From positions 46,922-110,921 of the IMG/VR virus record IMGVR_UViG_3300042294_004068: DNA of 64,000 nucleotides, one strand, 5' to 3'. Positions 50,571 through 59,766 of this stretch are shown in pieces (position 1 is the first letter of the stretch; each line of letters starts with the position of its first letter). The notes beneath the pieces are model-generated. The model ran no database searches. It had not been told where the DNA came from and was given only the letters and a program-made list of their open reading frames with translations. Origin of the DNA: a virus. The translations under genes and the position numbers were made by a program.

Positions 50571-51617
50571 TTAGGCGGATGGATCCTCAGTCGACGCAAT
50601 AATGAAGTCGATTGGTAGATCTGGGTTGTATGCATCAGAACCTGGAACGTTGTATCCAGTCTCTGAACCTTGAGCGTCAAAGTCAGACACTGCTAGGTAA
50701 CCACGGTTACGAACTGCAGAACCTGCTGGGCTAACTGCTGTAGATGAAACATCTGTAGCTGTCTTAGCGAAGCGGAATGAAGTTGTTGTTGGTGTTGCAG
50801 TGATTGTGTGAGTTCCATTGAATGTGGAATCTACATCTGCCACAGTAACAGTTTGTCCAACTTCAAAGCCGTGTGCTGAACCTGTTGTAAGGGTTGCAAC
50901 GTTTGAAGTTAGAGACTTGTTGGTTACTGTCTTTGATGACAAGTCGAACCAGCGGTAGAAGCCCTTTAGTCCTTCTGGTGCCCATGATGCGCGAGCGTAT
51001 GAGTATGGACGCTCTGCTGCTACTGGGAACTCCCAGCGGCCATCTAGACCAGCATTAAACTCTGGGTTTCCAAGACCGTATCCTTCGAATGTGTTTGCAA
51101 GCAAACCATTTTCGATGACGCGGTCACCTGATTGACGAAGCTTGCAGTATGGGAATACCCAGTAGAAGTATGGAAGGCCAGTTGCACGCTTTCCATCCTT
51201 AACTGCGTAAGACCAAACTTCAATTGCCACGCCGTTACCAGCTGGGTCATCGCCAACGGCTGGTGCGGCCCAACCGACTGACTTGTTGTCAGGTGATGCG
51301 TAAGAACCAAAATTCTTGCGGAGAAGTAGACCGCCAGACATAAGAGCTGAAAGCTCTGAGTCTGGTTCGCAAATCGCGATCTCCATTGTGATGCGCTTTA
51401 GTGTGTCTGGTGCCTTGTACGATACACATACAGTGCCATCAGCAGACTTTTCAACGATTTCGTCACCCTCTTCATATTCTGGGGTGAATGATGCGCGAAG
51501 AAACGCCGAGGTGGTGTAAGAGTCACCTGCTCCATTGAGCAAGTTACCAGCGGCGTCCAGTCGAGTGACTCGGATCGCCACACCTTGGACGCTAGCCGCG
51601 TAGTCCTGTGTAGCCAT
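50571..51617 (-). CDS. Major tail protein with C-terminal HG module
   Basis: AAGGAG RBS; IRVTRLD..G, EEGDEI..K.ADG.VC, LKR, C..D, FA/VAIEVWS, Y.YWVFP. Confidence 0.82.
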   Translation of the reverse strand: MATQDYAASVQGVAIRVTRLDAAGNLLNGAGDSYTTSAFLRASFTPEYEEGDEIVEKSADGTVCVSYKAPDTLKRITMEIAICEPDSELSALMSGGLLLRKNFGSYASPDNKSVGWAAPAVGDDPAGNGVAIEVWSYAVKDGKRATGLPYFYWVFPYCKLRQSGDRVIENGLLANTFEGYGLGNPEFNAGLDGRWEFPVAAERPYSYARASWAPEGLKGFYRWFDLSSKTVTNKSLTSNVATLTTGSAHGFEVGQTVTVADVDSTFNGTHTITATPTTTSFRFAKTATDVSSTAVSPAGSAVRNRGYLAVSDFDAQGSETGYNVPGSDAYNPDLPIDFIIASTEDPSA

Positions 51618-51646
51618 TCCAGTGTGCTCCTTATTCTTTGTTGGGC

Positions 51647-52537
51647 TTAGTCATTAGGAAGTGTCACTCGCATTGCGTAATGAATTGACGGATCTGCATA
51701 CGCAGCTGCAGGGCGAAACGCCTTAATCCGCATGTTATTAATTGTAACATCTGCACCCTGGGCTAAGTTTTCATTCACAATCTCGACCTTGCCGAGGTGA
51801 ACATCAACCATTCCAGTTGCATAAATCCACTTGTTGGTAGCAGATGCGGCAGCATTAGCATCACCAATTGGACCGTTACCTGTATAACCTGAACCAATGA
51901 CTACACGAGTACCAAGACGTGTCATAGCACTTCCTGAGTTCTCGTTGTCGCCCTTCTTGTAAATAAGACGGGAGCCTAGAATTGAAGCTACATCGCGAGT
52001 CATGTGAATAACTGCATTCTCACCAGTAGGTGATTCAGCAATAGCTTGCTCTAGAATCATTAGTGCATTCTCTGGCTTTTTAGCGCCAGAAACTGGAACG
52101 GTTGCAGCACCACTCTTACGAAGGAACATGTTGCCAGAGGCAGATGTCTCTTCAAGAGCTGCTACGCCCTCCCAGAATTCTCTTTCTACTGCCTTCTGTG
52201 TAACTGCCTCAAGCACCTTAGTTACTTGTGCGAAGCGGTCTTCACCTGGAAGGCTAAATGTTGAATCAAAAAGTTCTGCATCTACGTAAAATGGAACGTA
52301 GTCAATGTACTTGTCTTCGCCTGAGCCATCAAAAAGCTCACCATCTGTAATTGTCTCGTCGTTTACAGTTAGAAGACGCAAATATGATGGGATTGAATCA
52401 AACTCTTGTGAAAAACGACGAACCCATCTCTCGTCGCCTTCGCGCCCAGTGTGCTGCATAACACGGGCAACGCTTAGGAGACCGCAAGGGGCAGGAACTA
52501 GCTCATTCGCTGGAAAAACTCCTCTGAATGGTGCCAT
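51647..52537 (-). CDS. Second capsid-like protein (putative pentamer/minor capsid)
   Basis: Directly after major capsid; GLLSVA, VE..FW.G, LE.AIA...IH, T.LGT.VVIG.GY, WIYATG.V. Confidence 0.55.
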   Translation of the reverse strand: MAPFRGVFPANELVPAPCGLLSVARVMQHTGREGDERWVRRFSQEFDSIPSYLRLLTVNDETITDGELFDGSGEDKYIDYVPFYVDAELFDSTFSLPGEDRFAQVTKVLEAVTQKAVEREFWEGVAALEETSASGNMFLRKSGAATVPVSGAKKPENALMILEQAIAESPTGENAVIHMTRDVASILGSRLIYKKGDNENSGSAMTRLGTRVVIGSGYTGNGPIGDANAAASATNKWIYATGMVDVHLGKVEIVNENLAQGADVTINNMRIKAFRPAAAYADPSIHYAMRVTLPND

Positions 52538-52589
52538 TTGTTCTTACTCCTTCGTTCCTAAGCGTTGCCTACGTGTTATTTATCGAATT

Positions 52590-54680
52590 TTAGTATTCGA
52601 CTGCTGCAGCTGTTGCGCCACCAGTTGTATCACGGAGAGCTGCTGCTACACCGTTGATGCTGATGGTTGAAGTGATTGCAAGACCTTCGATACCGACCTT
52701 TGCAACACCTTCGAATGTTTCTACGAACATCTTGTAGTCGTTAGTTCCGACTAGAGATGAGTCGCGGATGATTCCAAGGTCCAAAGTTCCGCCATCTAGG
52801 AACAAGAATGTTCCTTCAGCGAATAGGTACCATGTGAATGAATCGGTGAACTCAACAAGTGCTGTTGCACCCTGAGCGCCGAATACATCTTGGTCAAGTG
52901 AGTAGCTTACGACAACGCCACGAGCAGCTAGGTAGCCGTCGATCTCTGAGTAAGCGTTCAATGTTGAATCACCAGGCATGTTTAGTGCTAGGTCAGCTGC
53001 CATTGCATCCTTAACCCATGCTGGGATAATGATGCGAAGTGATGCGTCAGCTTCTAGACGGTGACGTGAACGGTAAGCAGTTGCTGCGCGACCAACCTGT
53101 ACTAGGAAGTCACGACCGAAACCGATTAGTGAAGAAGTTGTAACAGCTGTTGAACCAGCTGCAATCTTCGCTAGAAGGTTTTGCTCTGCCTCACGTGCGT
53201 GCTGAATAAGACCAAGCTCGTTGTGACGAGCGATCAACTCAGGATATGCACGAGTTGCAAGGTTACCGAACTGCATCTGTAGAGTAACAGCGTCAGTTGC
53301 GACTGTTGTCTCAGATGCTGCTGCCACTGTCAAACTTGCCTTAGCAGCAGGGTTTGGAGTGGTTGCTGCATCGTTTGCTGCAGTCCATACACCGACAGCG
53401 TTTGCATAGTCAGTTAGAACTGGTGGAACGATGTAGCGGATACCACCACGGTCAGCTTGGAAACGAGGAAGTGCGTCACGTACTGGACGTGCTGTAGTTC
53501 CTAGTCCGAAGATGTCGTAGCGAACCTCGAATGGTGCGACGTGTCCACCAGCAGCCACAATGGCTTCTGGAGAGACAACTTTTTGGATCTTTGCCCAGTT
53601 AGCTTCAGCATCTGTTGAAAGAGTGCGCTCTTCTGGGAAAGAGGTAGAGACGGATGCAACAATGTGTTGTTCTCCATCTCCGCCGTTTACACGGCGTAGA
53701 GCATGGATGCGCTTTGAAAAAGCTTCAGCTACATCGTCCATGCTTGAAAGCGGGCTGCCAGCTGTTAGGCCAGGAATGTCAGCACCTGCCGTGATTGCCA
53801 CGGGAGCGGCTGATACCTGAGCTACAGGACGGCGGTCCGCTGGGACCTCTGGTGTGAGGTCGTCTGCATTTGCAGCGGCGGTCACGGGTGCCTCCATAGT
53901 TTCCTGAACCACAACTGGTTCATTTGTTTGGGTTTCTTGAATTGAAGCCTCTGCGCCATCGGCGACATCGGCTGCTGCATCTGCTGCATCATCGGATGCT
54001 GCATCTGCATCTGCATCAGAAGCAGGTGCTTCCTCTGCTACATCTGCTGAAGCCTCTGCAGCAGGTGCTGCTTCCTCTTCTGCTGATGCGGTAACTACTT
54101 GTGCCTCTGTAGCAACTGGTGCTACTTCAGCTGTCTCGGTTGTCTCAGTTGAGAGCTCGACGGTCTTCTCAGACTCTGTTGACGCTTCGGTCATTGGCTT
54201 TTTCTCCTCTTCCTTCTCTTTTTCTGCATCTGTTTCAGCAACAGGTGCTTCTTCAGCTGCAGGTGCGGAATCGGCAGGAGCAGCAGGAACTTCTTCAGCA
54301 GGAGCTGGAGCTTCTTCCTTCTTTTCCTCTTCCATTACAGGTGCAGCCATTTCAGGAGACTTTTCCATATCGGTGTCTCCTTCTTTAGCTTCATCTGATT
54401 CTGGCATTTCGCCATCTTCCTTCTTGTCGTCGCCGTAAACACGGGACGCGGCCTCAGCGGCCCGCTGGGCGAGCTCCTGAACTGCGGCTTCGCGCTGCTT
54501 TAGCTCAGTGCGAACTGAATCAAGCATGTCGGCGAGCGACTTCATAGCGTCAACTGTCTCAGGAGTGATGTCTGATTTCTCAACCGATTCGAATTCGCTG
54601 ATGATTGTCTGTTGAAGATCGGCAAGCTTATCGCTGTCGAGTTCAGACAGAGAATCCATCATTTCTGTGATTCGGTCCAC
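52590..54680 (-). CDS. Major capsid protein with N-terminal scaffold-like acidic region
   Basis: Start better placed at GTG 54680 (AGGAGG at 54690-54685); coiled coil plus Glu/Ala linker, then ITAGADIPG, IVAAGG..AP, LP.FQADRGGI, FGN...A.PE, LDLGIIRDS.L...NDY..F.E.FE. Confidence 0.88.
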   Translation of the reverse strand: MDRITEMMDSLSELDSDKLADLQQTIISEFESVEKSDITPETVDAMKSLADMLDSVRTELKQREAAVQELAQRAAEAASRVYGDDKKEDGEMPESDEAKEGDTDMEKSPEMAAPVMEEEKKEEAPAPAEEVPAAPADSAPAAEEAPVAETDAEKEKEEEKKPMTEASTESEKTVELSTETTETAEVAPVATEAQVVTASAEEEAAPAAEASADVAEEAPASDADADAASDDAADAAADVADGAEASIQETQTNEPVVVQETMEAPVTAAANADDLTPEVPADRRPVAQVSAAPVAITAGADIPGLTAGSPLSSMDDVAEAFSKRIHALRRVNGGDGEQHIVASVSTSFPEERTLSTDAEANWAKIQKVVSPEAIVAAGGHVAPFEVRYDIFGLGTTARPVRDALPRFQADRGGIRYIVPPVLTDYANAVGVWTAANDAATTPNPAAKASLTVAAASETTVATDAVTLQMQFGNLATRAYPELIARHNELGLIQHAREAEQNLLAKIAAGSTAVTTSSLIGFGRDFLVQVGRAATAYRSRHRLEADASLRIIIPAWVKDAMAADLALNMPGDSTLNAYSEIDGYLAARGVVVSYSLDQDVFGAQGATALVEFTDSFTWYLFAEGTFLFLDGGTLDLGIIRDSSLVGTNDYKMFVETFEGVAKVGIEGLAITSTISINGVAAALRDTTGGATAAAVEY

Positions 54681-54803
54681 TGTCCCTCCTTGGGCAGTTG
54701 TGTAGAACAAAACAATAGTTCTATCGCTGATTTAGTCGAGGCCGAGGGACTCCGAGAAACGCAATAAATGCGTGGAGGCACTCCACCTAGTTATAAATGG
54801 TAC
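54681..54803 (-). promoter_or_regulatory. Capsid-gene promoter and structured ~110 nt 5' leader
   Basis: -10 TACCAT (54802-54797); imperfect long stem 54787-54740; TAGAAC/GTTCTA hairpin 54723-54703; RBS 54690-54685. Confidence 0.5.
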
Positions 54804-54851
54804 AACCACTTATAAAAGGTGATTGGACGGAAAACGCCGTGTTTCTGTCCT

Positions 54852-55574
54852 TTATGTTAAAAGTCTTAAAAGCTTCGCCATCTGGCTGGAAATCTCTGAT
54901 TGGTTGTAGAGCTCGCTACCAGACATGAACTTCTTTAGCTCCGCTGTGGCAATATCGGCATCCTCATCGCCAATCTTGTCTTCGACCCTAGTAATCATAT
55001 TTTTCATTAGCTTACGTAGGGCTGGGGGTACATCAGAGAATCTAATCTTTTCAGCATCTTGACCGAACCCAAATGGGAGGTTAGCAATAACCTTTCCAAG
55101 CTCTGCTGAACTAGTACGAATGTTCTCTAAAGCTTCAGGATTCAACGCTTTTGCGTCCAATCGGTCAATAATTCCAATTAAATCGTCAGCTGCTTTGGAT
55201 GCTTTTCCGTAGTCTCCCGCATTATCAAGATTTTCGGCTTCTTCAACCTTTTCGATAACTCGGTCTAACCCAGCAGTACCTAGGTCAGATTTGAGTCGAG
55301 CTAGGACTTGACGGAATTTACCTCCAGCGTCACGAGGTTGAGTCTTTGGGGTGTATTTAGCCCGCTCTTCTTCTTCCTTATTTCGAGTGGCTTTTTCCAG
55401 CTTAAGAGCTTTTACCTCTTCGTCAGTTAAACCCTCGAGTTCTGGGTCAATTTTAAAAAGTGCTTCTGATTTTTCAGAATTATCATTTTTTGACTCTGCA
55501 GAAGCCAACACCGCTTGAGCAGTAGAAATGGCTTCTCTCATTTTAGAAGCTGTATCGTCACTATTTGTAGTCAC
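54852..55574 (-). CDS. Hypothetical head-region protein
   Basis: AAGGA RBS, GTG start; helical; contains QPRDAGGKF. Confidence 0.7.
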   Translation of the reverse strand: MTTNSDDTASKMREAISTAQAVLASAESKNDNSEKSEALFKIDPELEGLTDEEVKALKLEKATRNKEEEERAKYTPKTQPRDAGGKFRQVLARLKSDLGTAGLDRVIEKVEEAENLDNAGDYGKASKAADDLIGIIDRLDAKALNPEALENIRTSSAELGKVIANLPFGFGQDAEKIRFSDVPPALRKLMKNMITRVEDKIGDEDADIATAELKKFMSGSELYNQSEISSQMAKLLRLLT

Positions 55575-55576
55575 TA

Positions 55577-58500
55577 TTAGTCCTTAATTTCACTATCAGA
55601 AGTTTGAAGTTTTGCTGCAGCAGATATAGCTCTTTCTCGGAAGCTATCTACATCAATAGAAGCAGCTGCCCACTTTTGTGGAATTAAAGTCTCTTTACCA
55701 AGAGCCTTTGCTCGCTTCATAATGTGCTTTTGAACAAGACCACGCTTTCCAGCCTTAGCACGTCCATAAGCTTGAATTGCATTACGAAGGTCGGTTACAT
55801 TGCGGATTGGGAATGAACCATCCTTAAGAGCCTTGCCCTCTTCAGCAAGTTTTTGACGCTCACGGCGAGTAACAACTGACATCTCTGCTTCAGGATTCTC
55901 ATCGAACATTTGAAGCATGTACTCTGAAACAGCCTCTGCTTCTGCTTTAGCACTGGCTACACGAGCTGAAAATTCAGCCATTTTTCCAGATAGAGCAGCA
56001 GCCTCTGCACTCTTGTGGATTGCTTCAAGGGCATCAATCTTTGAATTAATCTCAGCGATTGGGTCATGCTTAAGCTGAGCAAGTACATTTGCACCTGCAG
56101 CAACAAGAGCCATAACCTGACCTGATGCGACACGAGCACGTGCGATTGGGAATCCTGGAACGTTTACTTGGCAAACAGCAACCAACTCAAGGTGTCCCTT
56201 GATTGGTCGCCAGTCACCTGATGGAGCTGATGCACGAGCGGCTCTAATTTGCTCGGGGGTTGTGCCAGGGCGTAGAGCACCTGAAACCCAAATTCCGTAA
56301 GCATCTTCACCTGCGTGCACGTCTGCGAATGCTGATGCAGTGTCATCGTAGTGACGAACTGCTTCTTCAGCAGAAGCTTCTAGACCAGCGTGACCGCCAG
56401 CCAAAGTTAGTTGACCAACTGGCATATCCTTACCTTCAGCGGTACGAATTACACCAGTGTGGAAATATGAATACTTAGAACGGCTACGTGGAGGACGAGT
56501 TCCAAATGCCATTCCAATGTGGTCTACATGCCAAGCAGCAATGTGACCGAATACGCGACCCTCATCTGTGATGGTAAGTGGGGTTGCCTTGTCAAGCTTT
56601 GGATTTCCAAACCATTCTGAAGGAGGCTCTACAGGGATAGCACCAGCTACCATGCCACAAGCAACAAGTGCTGACGCATCAAGCGGGCTCACCCCATCTA
56701 CATAAATACCATCTGGAACTGACATTTCTTCCTCCTCAACTTCGTTGCCATCATCAACGATTTGGATATAACACTCTTGGAATGCTGGTTTTGGCACAAT
56801 GGTGACAGCCATAATTCGAGCATTCTTGATTACTATTCTACCTGCCTCTACTTTTCCTGAGTCCTCAGAAGCCTCTTCCTCATCAGCCTCAAACATATCC
56901 ATGTCAGCAGATACTCCACGGATAAACCCATTGCGAACAAGCCTTTCAGCTTCTTTTCCATATTCGCCTGTATCGAAAACGCCTACAGCATTTCCAATTC
57001 CACCATCGATGCGCTCCATATGCGTGATTTGACCAACCACAACGGAACCATCGTGACCTTGACCTGTTTTAATCTGCCACAGTAGAGGCAGAGGTAGGTC
57101 TCGCATAACTATTACACCTTTATCAAAGATGCGACCATCGCCAGATTCCTTGTCTTCAGGAATAACCAATGGGATAACAAATTTTGCTCCGTGTTCTACT
57201 GGTTTAGCACCTTCACGGCCCATGAATTGAGCCTTAGCTGCTTCAGCACGAGCAGATAGAGTAAATGAATCAATAATTTGTTCTTCAGAACGTAAGGCTT
57301 CAATGCTAGAAACCATAGACTTCTTTTTCATTCCTGGATTGCGCTTATCTCCAGGCCACATGCCAGTCATCTCTTTGTGACGAAGAGCGCAGTAACCTTT
57401 TGAGCGAGGTCCAAGATACTTTGAAAGATACTTGTGGCAACGAGTCCAGTCTCCTGGGCTGTTCCAACGAATCTTTAATCCACCCTTACCTACTGTCCAA
57501 TAACGGCGAAGTTTCTCTGCGTTACCGCGGTTTTGGTCAAGTCCTCCAGCAGCTGTAATAGCGTTAAGAGTAAGAGCCATCGCAGGGTTGATTCGAATTG
57601 AAGCAACAATTCCACCATCAATTTGAGAAACAACTTCAGCCAATTGTTCTGTGCTTAGAACAATAGTTGGTGGAGGTGTTGGGCTGTTTAGGTCAGCAAG
57701 AATTCTTTCATCGCGTACCCACTTACGGTCACGGCGTTTGAAAGTAGAAGGTTGATTTGTATCGAAACCTGCTGGAACAACAGCAACTAACTCCATCACT
57801 GCTGCTGGGTCATCCTCAGCGACAATTGCAATGTACATAGGAGCCACATCTGTTTTTTCAGGTGTGATTTCATAGTTAGGTTTTTTAGCCTCGGCAGAAG
57901 AGGTAATTGACATCTCAAGGTCTGGATCAAACCTCTTCATGTAATCTTCTGCGCTAATTTTTCTTACATCTTTAGCAGATTTCTTTGGTTCTACCTTAGG
58001 TCCAAGTTTTCCGTAAGGATTTTCTTTATACCAACCATCTCGGTGATAAGCATTTTCTGGAGATGCGTTCTTGTTGTACTTTTTATCCAACCAATCACGT
58101 AGTAGTGGGTTGTTGTAAACATTTTCTGTTGTAGCAGGATTCCAACCTGGCTTTGGTGTGCCATCTGGATTAAATGAACCTGTGTAGTACTGACCAAGAA
58201 CAGTATTTGGGTCAAGACGTGTATCTACAGCAGGTGAAGTTCCAGCAACTGGTGCTGGAGCATTTACTGGCTGTCCTGTGTATTCAGGAGTAACTCTTTG
58301 GTCTGACATCCAACTAGACCAGTCAGTAAGCATTGTTTGAAGACTGTCTACTGTAAGTGGTGGTAGACGTCCTGGAAGTTTTGCTGTTGGCTCATCAATT
58401 GGAACTCGTGGTTCTCCAAGAATGCCAGAAGTGTCTAGTTCAAAACTTGGAAAGCCTTGTACAGGAAGAGGTTGATAATCTTCTGCCAACTGAGTTTGGT

Positions 58501-59764
58501 TTGCTGGAACTGCTACGACATTTCCATTAGGAAACTCAACGTTTGCTTCTTGAGTTTGTGAGTTGATAGAAAGAATTTTTCCTGTGTACTTAGGGTCGTT
58601 TCCAACAATCACAGTGCTTCCAGCTTTAGCAAATTTACCTAGCTGGTCACGAACTTGCTGAGAAGCCTTCTCTGAACGTTCTTCAGGTGTGTAGTTTCCA
58701 TCTTGGTTTGTTGGAGCTTGTGTTGTAGGAGCACCTACAGCAAGAAGGCCGTCATCCCACTCATCTACTTCAAATACTTCATCTTCAGAAAGCTGGTCAA
58801 GGAACTTCCAGTCAATTTCTGGAATTGCTTTTTCAATCAAATCTGATTCATTGAAATCAATCATTTGAATAGAAATTGAATCAAATGGGTTGTTATCCAG
58901 CATCGCTGAAATCTTTACTGCAGATTCACGGTCTACAGGAGTGTGAATTTTTTGCACTTGGTCATAAGGATCGTCAAGTGACTTGTCATATGTAATAAAG
59001 TCATGGTCAATGTGACCAAGGTCTTCCCAGCAGCCGTCATCCCAAACGGTGCAGTAACCTTCCATATCTACTTTGTATAGACGGTCAATACCTGAGCCAT
59101 CTAAACGAATTCGAATATAAAAATCTGGCTCGTACTCTGATGGATTAAATGACTTGTAATCAATACGCTCTATCGGCATAAACTCATCGATAGATGCAAC
59201 TACAGAATTGTTTGCACGCTTTTTATTGTCGCGCTCAACAATTGCTGACGCCCAACGCTTTGCAGCATCTCCACCCCAAAGAGCCCATGCAATGCGACCA
59301 TTACTTGGGTAGTTTTGTTGGCCCGGTTTGTAGCCTTTGCCCTTCTTGTCCACTTCGTGACGTGGGAAGTATTTCGCGATGTGACGAATCTTTTGGATAC
59401 CAATCTGCCCACCCTGCGCCAGAGTGCGTGCAGTATTCAGGCCAACAGGTGTGCCACCTCGTTTTTCTTCTTTTCTCCAAGCGAGTCCTCTTTTTGCTTC
59501 TGAAACAACAGCATCAGGAATGGTGTACATATTGCTGCTATCACCATTGCTAAGAACTTTAATATCTAGGTCAGTAACGGCAGCGTTTGCTAACTCAACA
59601 GAAGAAGCTTCTGGTCTTTCACCATAAGTACTCCATTCTGCAGAAGCTAGTAGAACAGCACTGCTATCAACCCGAACAACTGTATTAGTAGACTCGTCAA
59701 TAACTGTTGCCAAGTCGTCGTTCGAGAAGAGAACGTAATTATCGTTTCTACCTAGAAATTCCAT
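55577..59764 (-). CDS. Multi-domain capsid maturation protease-like protein
   Basis: E...SGDGR, R.LPLPL.WQ....GHDGSVVVG.I, RGVSADMD, PAFQE protease-like core; GRVFGHIAAW...PSGDWR..ELVA...VNVPGFP domain; C-terminal DUF6582-like FPI....DL.NAI.AYGRA; upstream of capsid. Confidence 0.7.
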   Translation of the reverse strand: MEFLGRNDNYVLFSNDDLATVIDESTNTVVRVDSSAVLLASAEWSTYGERPEASSVELANAAVTDLDIKVLSNGDSSNMYTIPDAVVSEAKRGLAWRKEEKRGGTPVGLNTARTLAQGGQIGIQKIRHIAKYFPRHEVDKKGKGYKPGQQNYPSNGRIAWALWGGDAAKRWASAIVERDNKKRANNSVVASIDEFMPIERIDYKSFNPSEYEPDFYIRIRLDGSGIDRLYKVDMEGYCTVWDDGCWEDLGHIDHDFITYDKSLDDPYDQVQKIHTPVDRESAVKISAMLDNNPFDSISIQMIDFNESDLIEKAIPEIDWKFLDQLSEDEVFEVDEWDDGLLAVGAPTTQAPTNQDGNYTPEERSEKASQQVRDQLGKFAKAGSTVIVGNDPKYTGKILSINSQTQEANVEFPNGNVVAVPANQTQLAEDYQPLPVQGFPSFELDTSGILGEPRVPIDEPTAKLPGRLPPLTVDSLQTMLTDWSSWMSDQRVTPEYTGQPVNAPAPVAGTSPAVDTRLDPNTVLGQYYTGSFNPDGTPKPGWNPATTENVYNNPLLRDWLDKKYNKNASPENAYHRDGWYKENPYGKLGPKVEPKKSAKDVRKISAEDYMKRFDPDLEMSITSSAEAKKPNYEITPEKTDVAPMYIAIVAEDDPAAVMELVAVVPAGFDTNQPSTFKRRDRKWVRDERILADLNSPTPPPTIVLSTEQLAEVVSQIDGGIVASIRINPAMALTLNAITAAGGLDQNRGNAEKLRRYWTVGKGGLKIRWNSPGDWTRCHKYLSKYLGPRSKGYCALRHKEMTGMWPGDKRNPGMKKKSMVSSIEALRSEEQIIDSFTLSARAEAAKAQFMGREGAKPVEHGAKFVIPLVIPEDKESGDGRIFDKGVIVMRDLPLPLLWQIKTGQGHDGSVVVGQITHMERIDGGIGNAVGVFDTGEYGKEAERLVRNGFIRGVSADMDMFEADEEEASEDSGKVEAGRIVIKNARIMAVTIVPKPAFQECYIQIVDDGNEVEEEEMSVPDGIYVDGVSPLDASALVACGMVAGAIPVEPPSEWFGNPKLDKATPLTITDEGRVFGHIAAWHVDHIGMAFGTRPPRSRSKYSYFHTGVIRTAEGKDMPVGQLTLAGGHAGLEASAEEAVRHYDDTASAFADVHAGEDAYGIWVSGALRPGTTPEQIRAARASAPSGDWRPIKGHLELVAVCQVNVPGFPIARARVASGQVMALVAAGANVLAQLKHDPIAEINSKIDALEAIHKSAEAAALSGKMAEFSARVASAKAEAEAVSEYMLQMFDENPEAEMSVVTRRERQKLAEEGKALKDGSFPIRNVTDLRNAIQAYGRAKAGKRGLVQKHIMKRAKALGKETLIPQKWAAASIDVDSFRERAISAAAKLQTSDSEIKD

Positions 59765-59766
59765 GA

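Noticed and set aside
54681-54710. ORF-track start of capsid at 54710
   Set aside because: AGGAGG lies downstream of it and is correctly spaced for GTG 54680.
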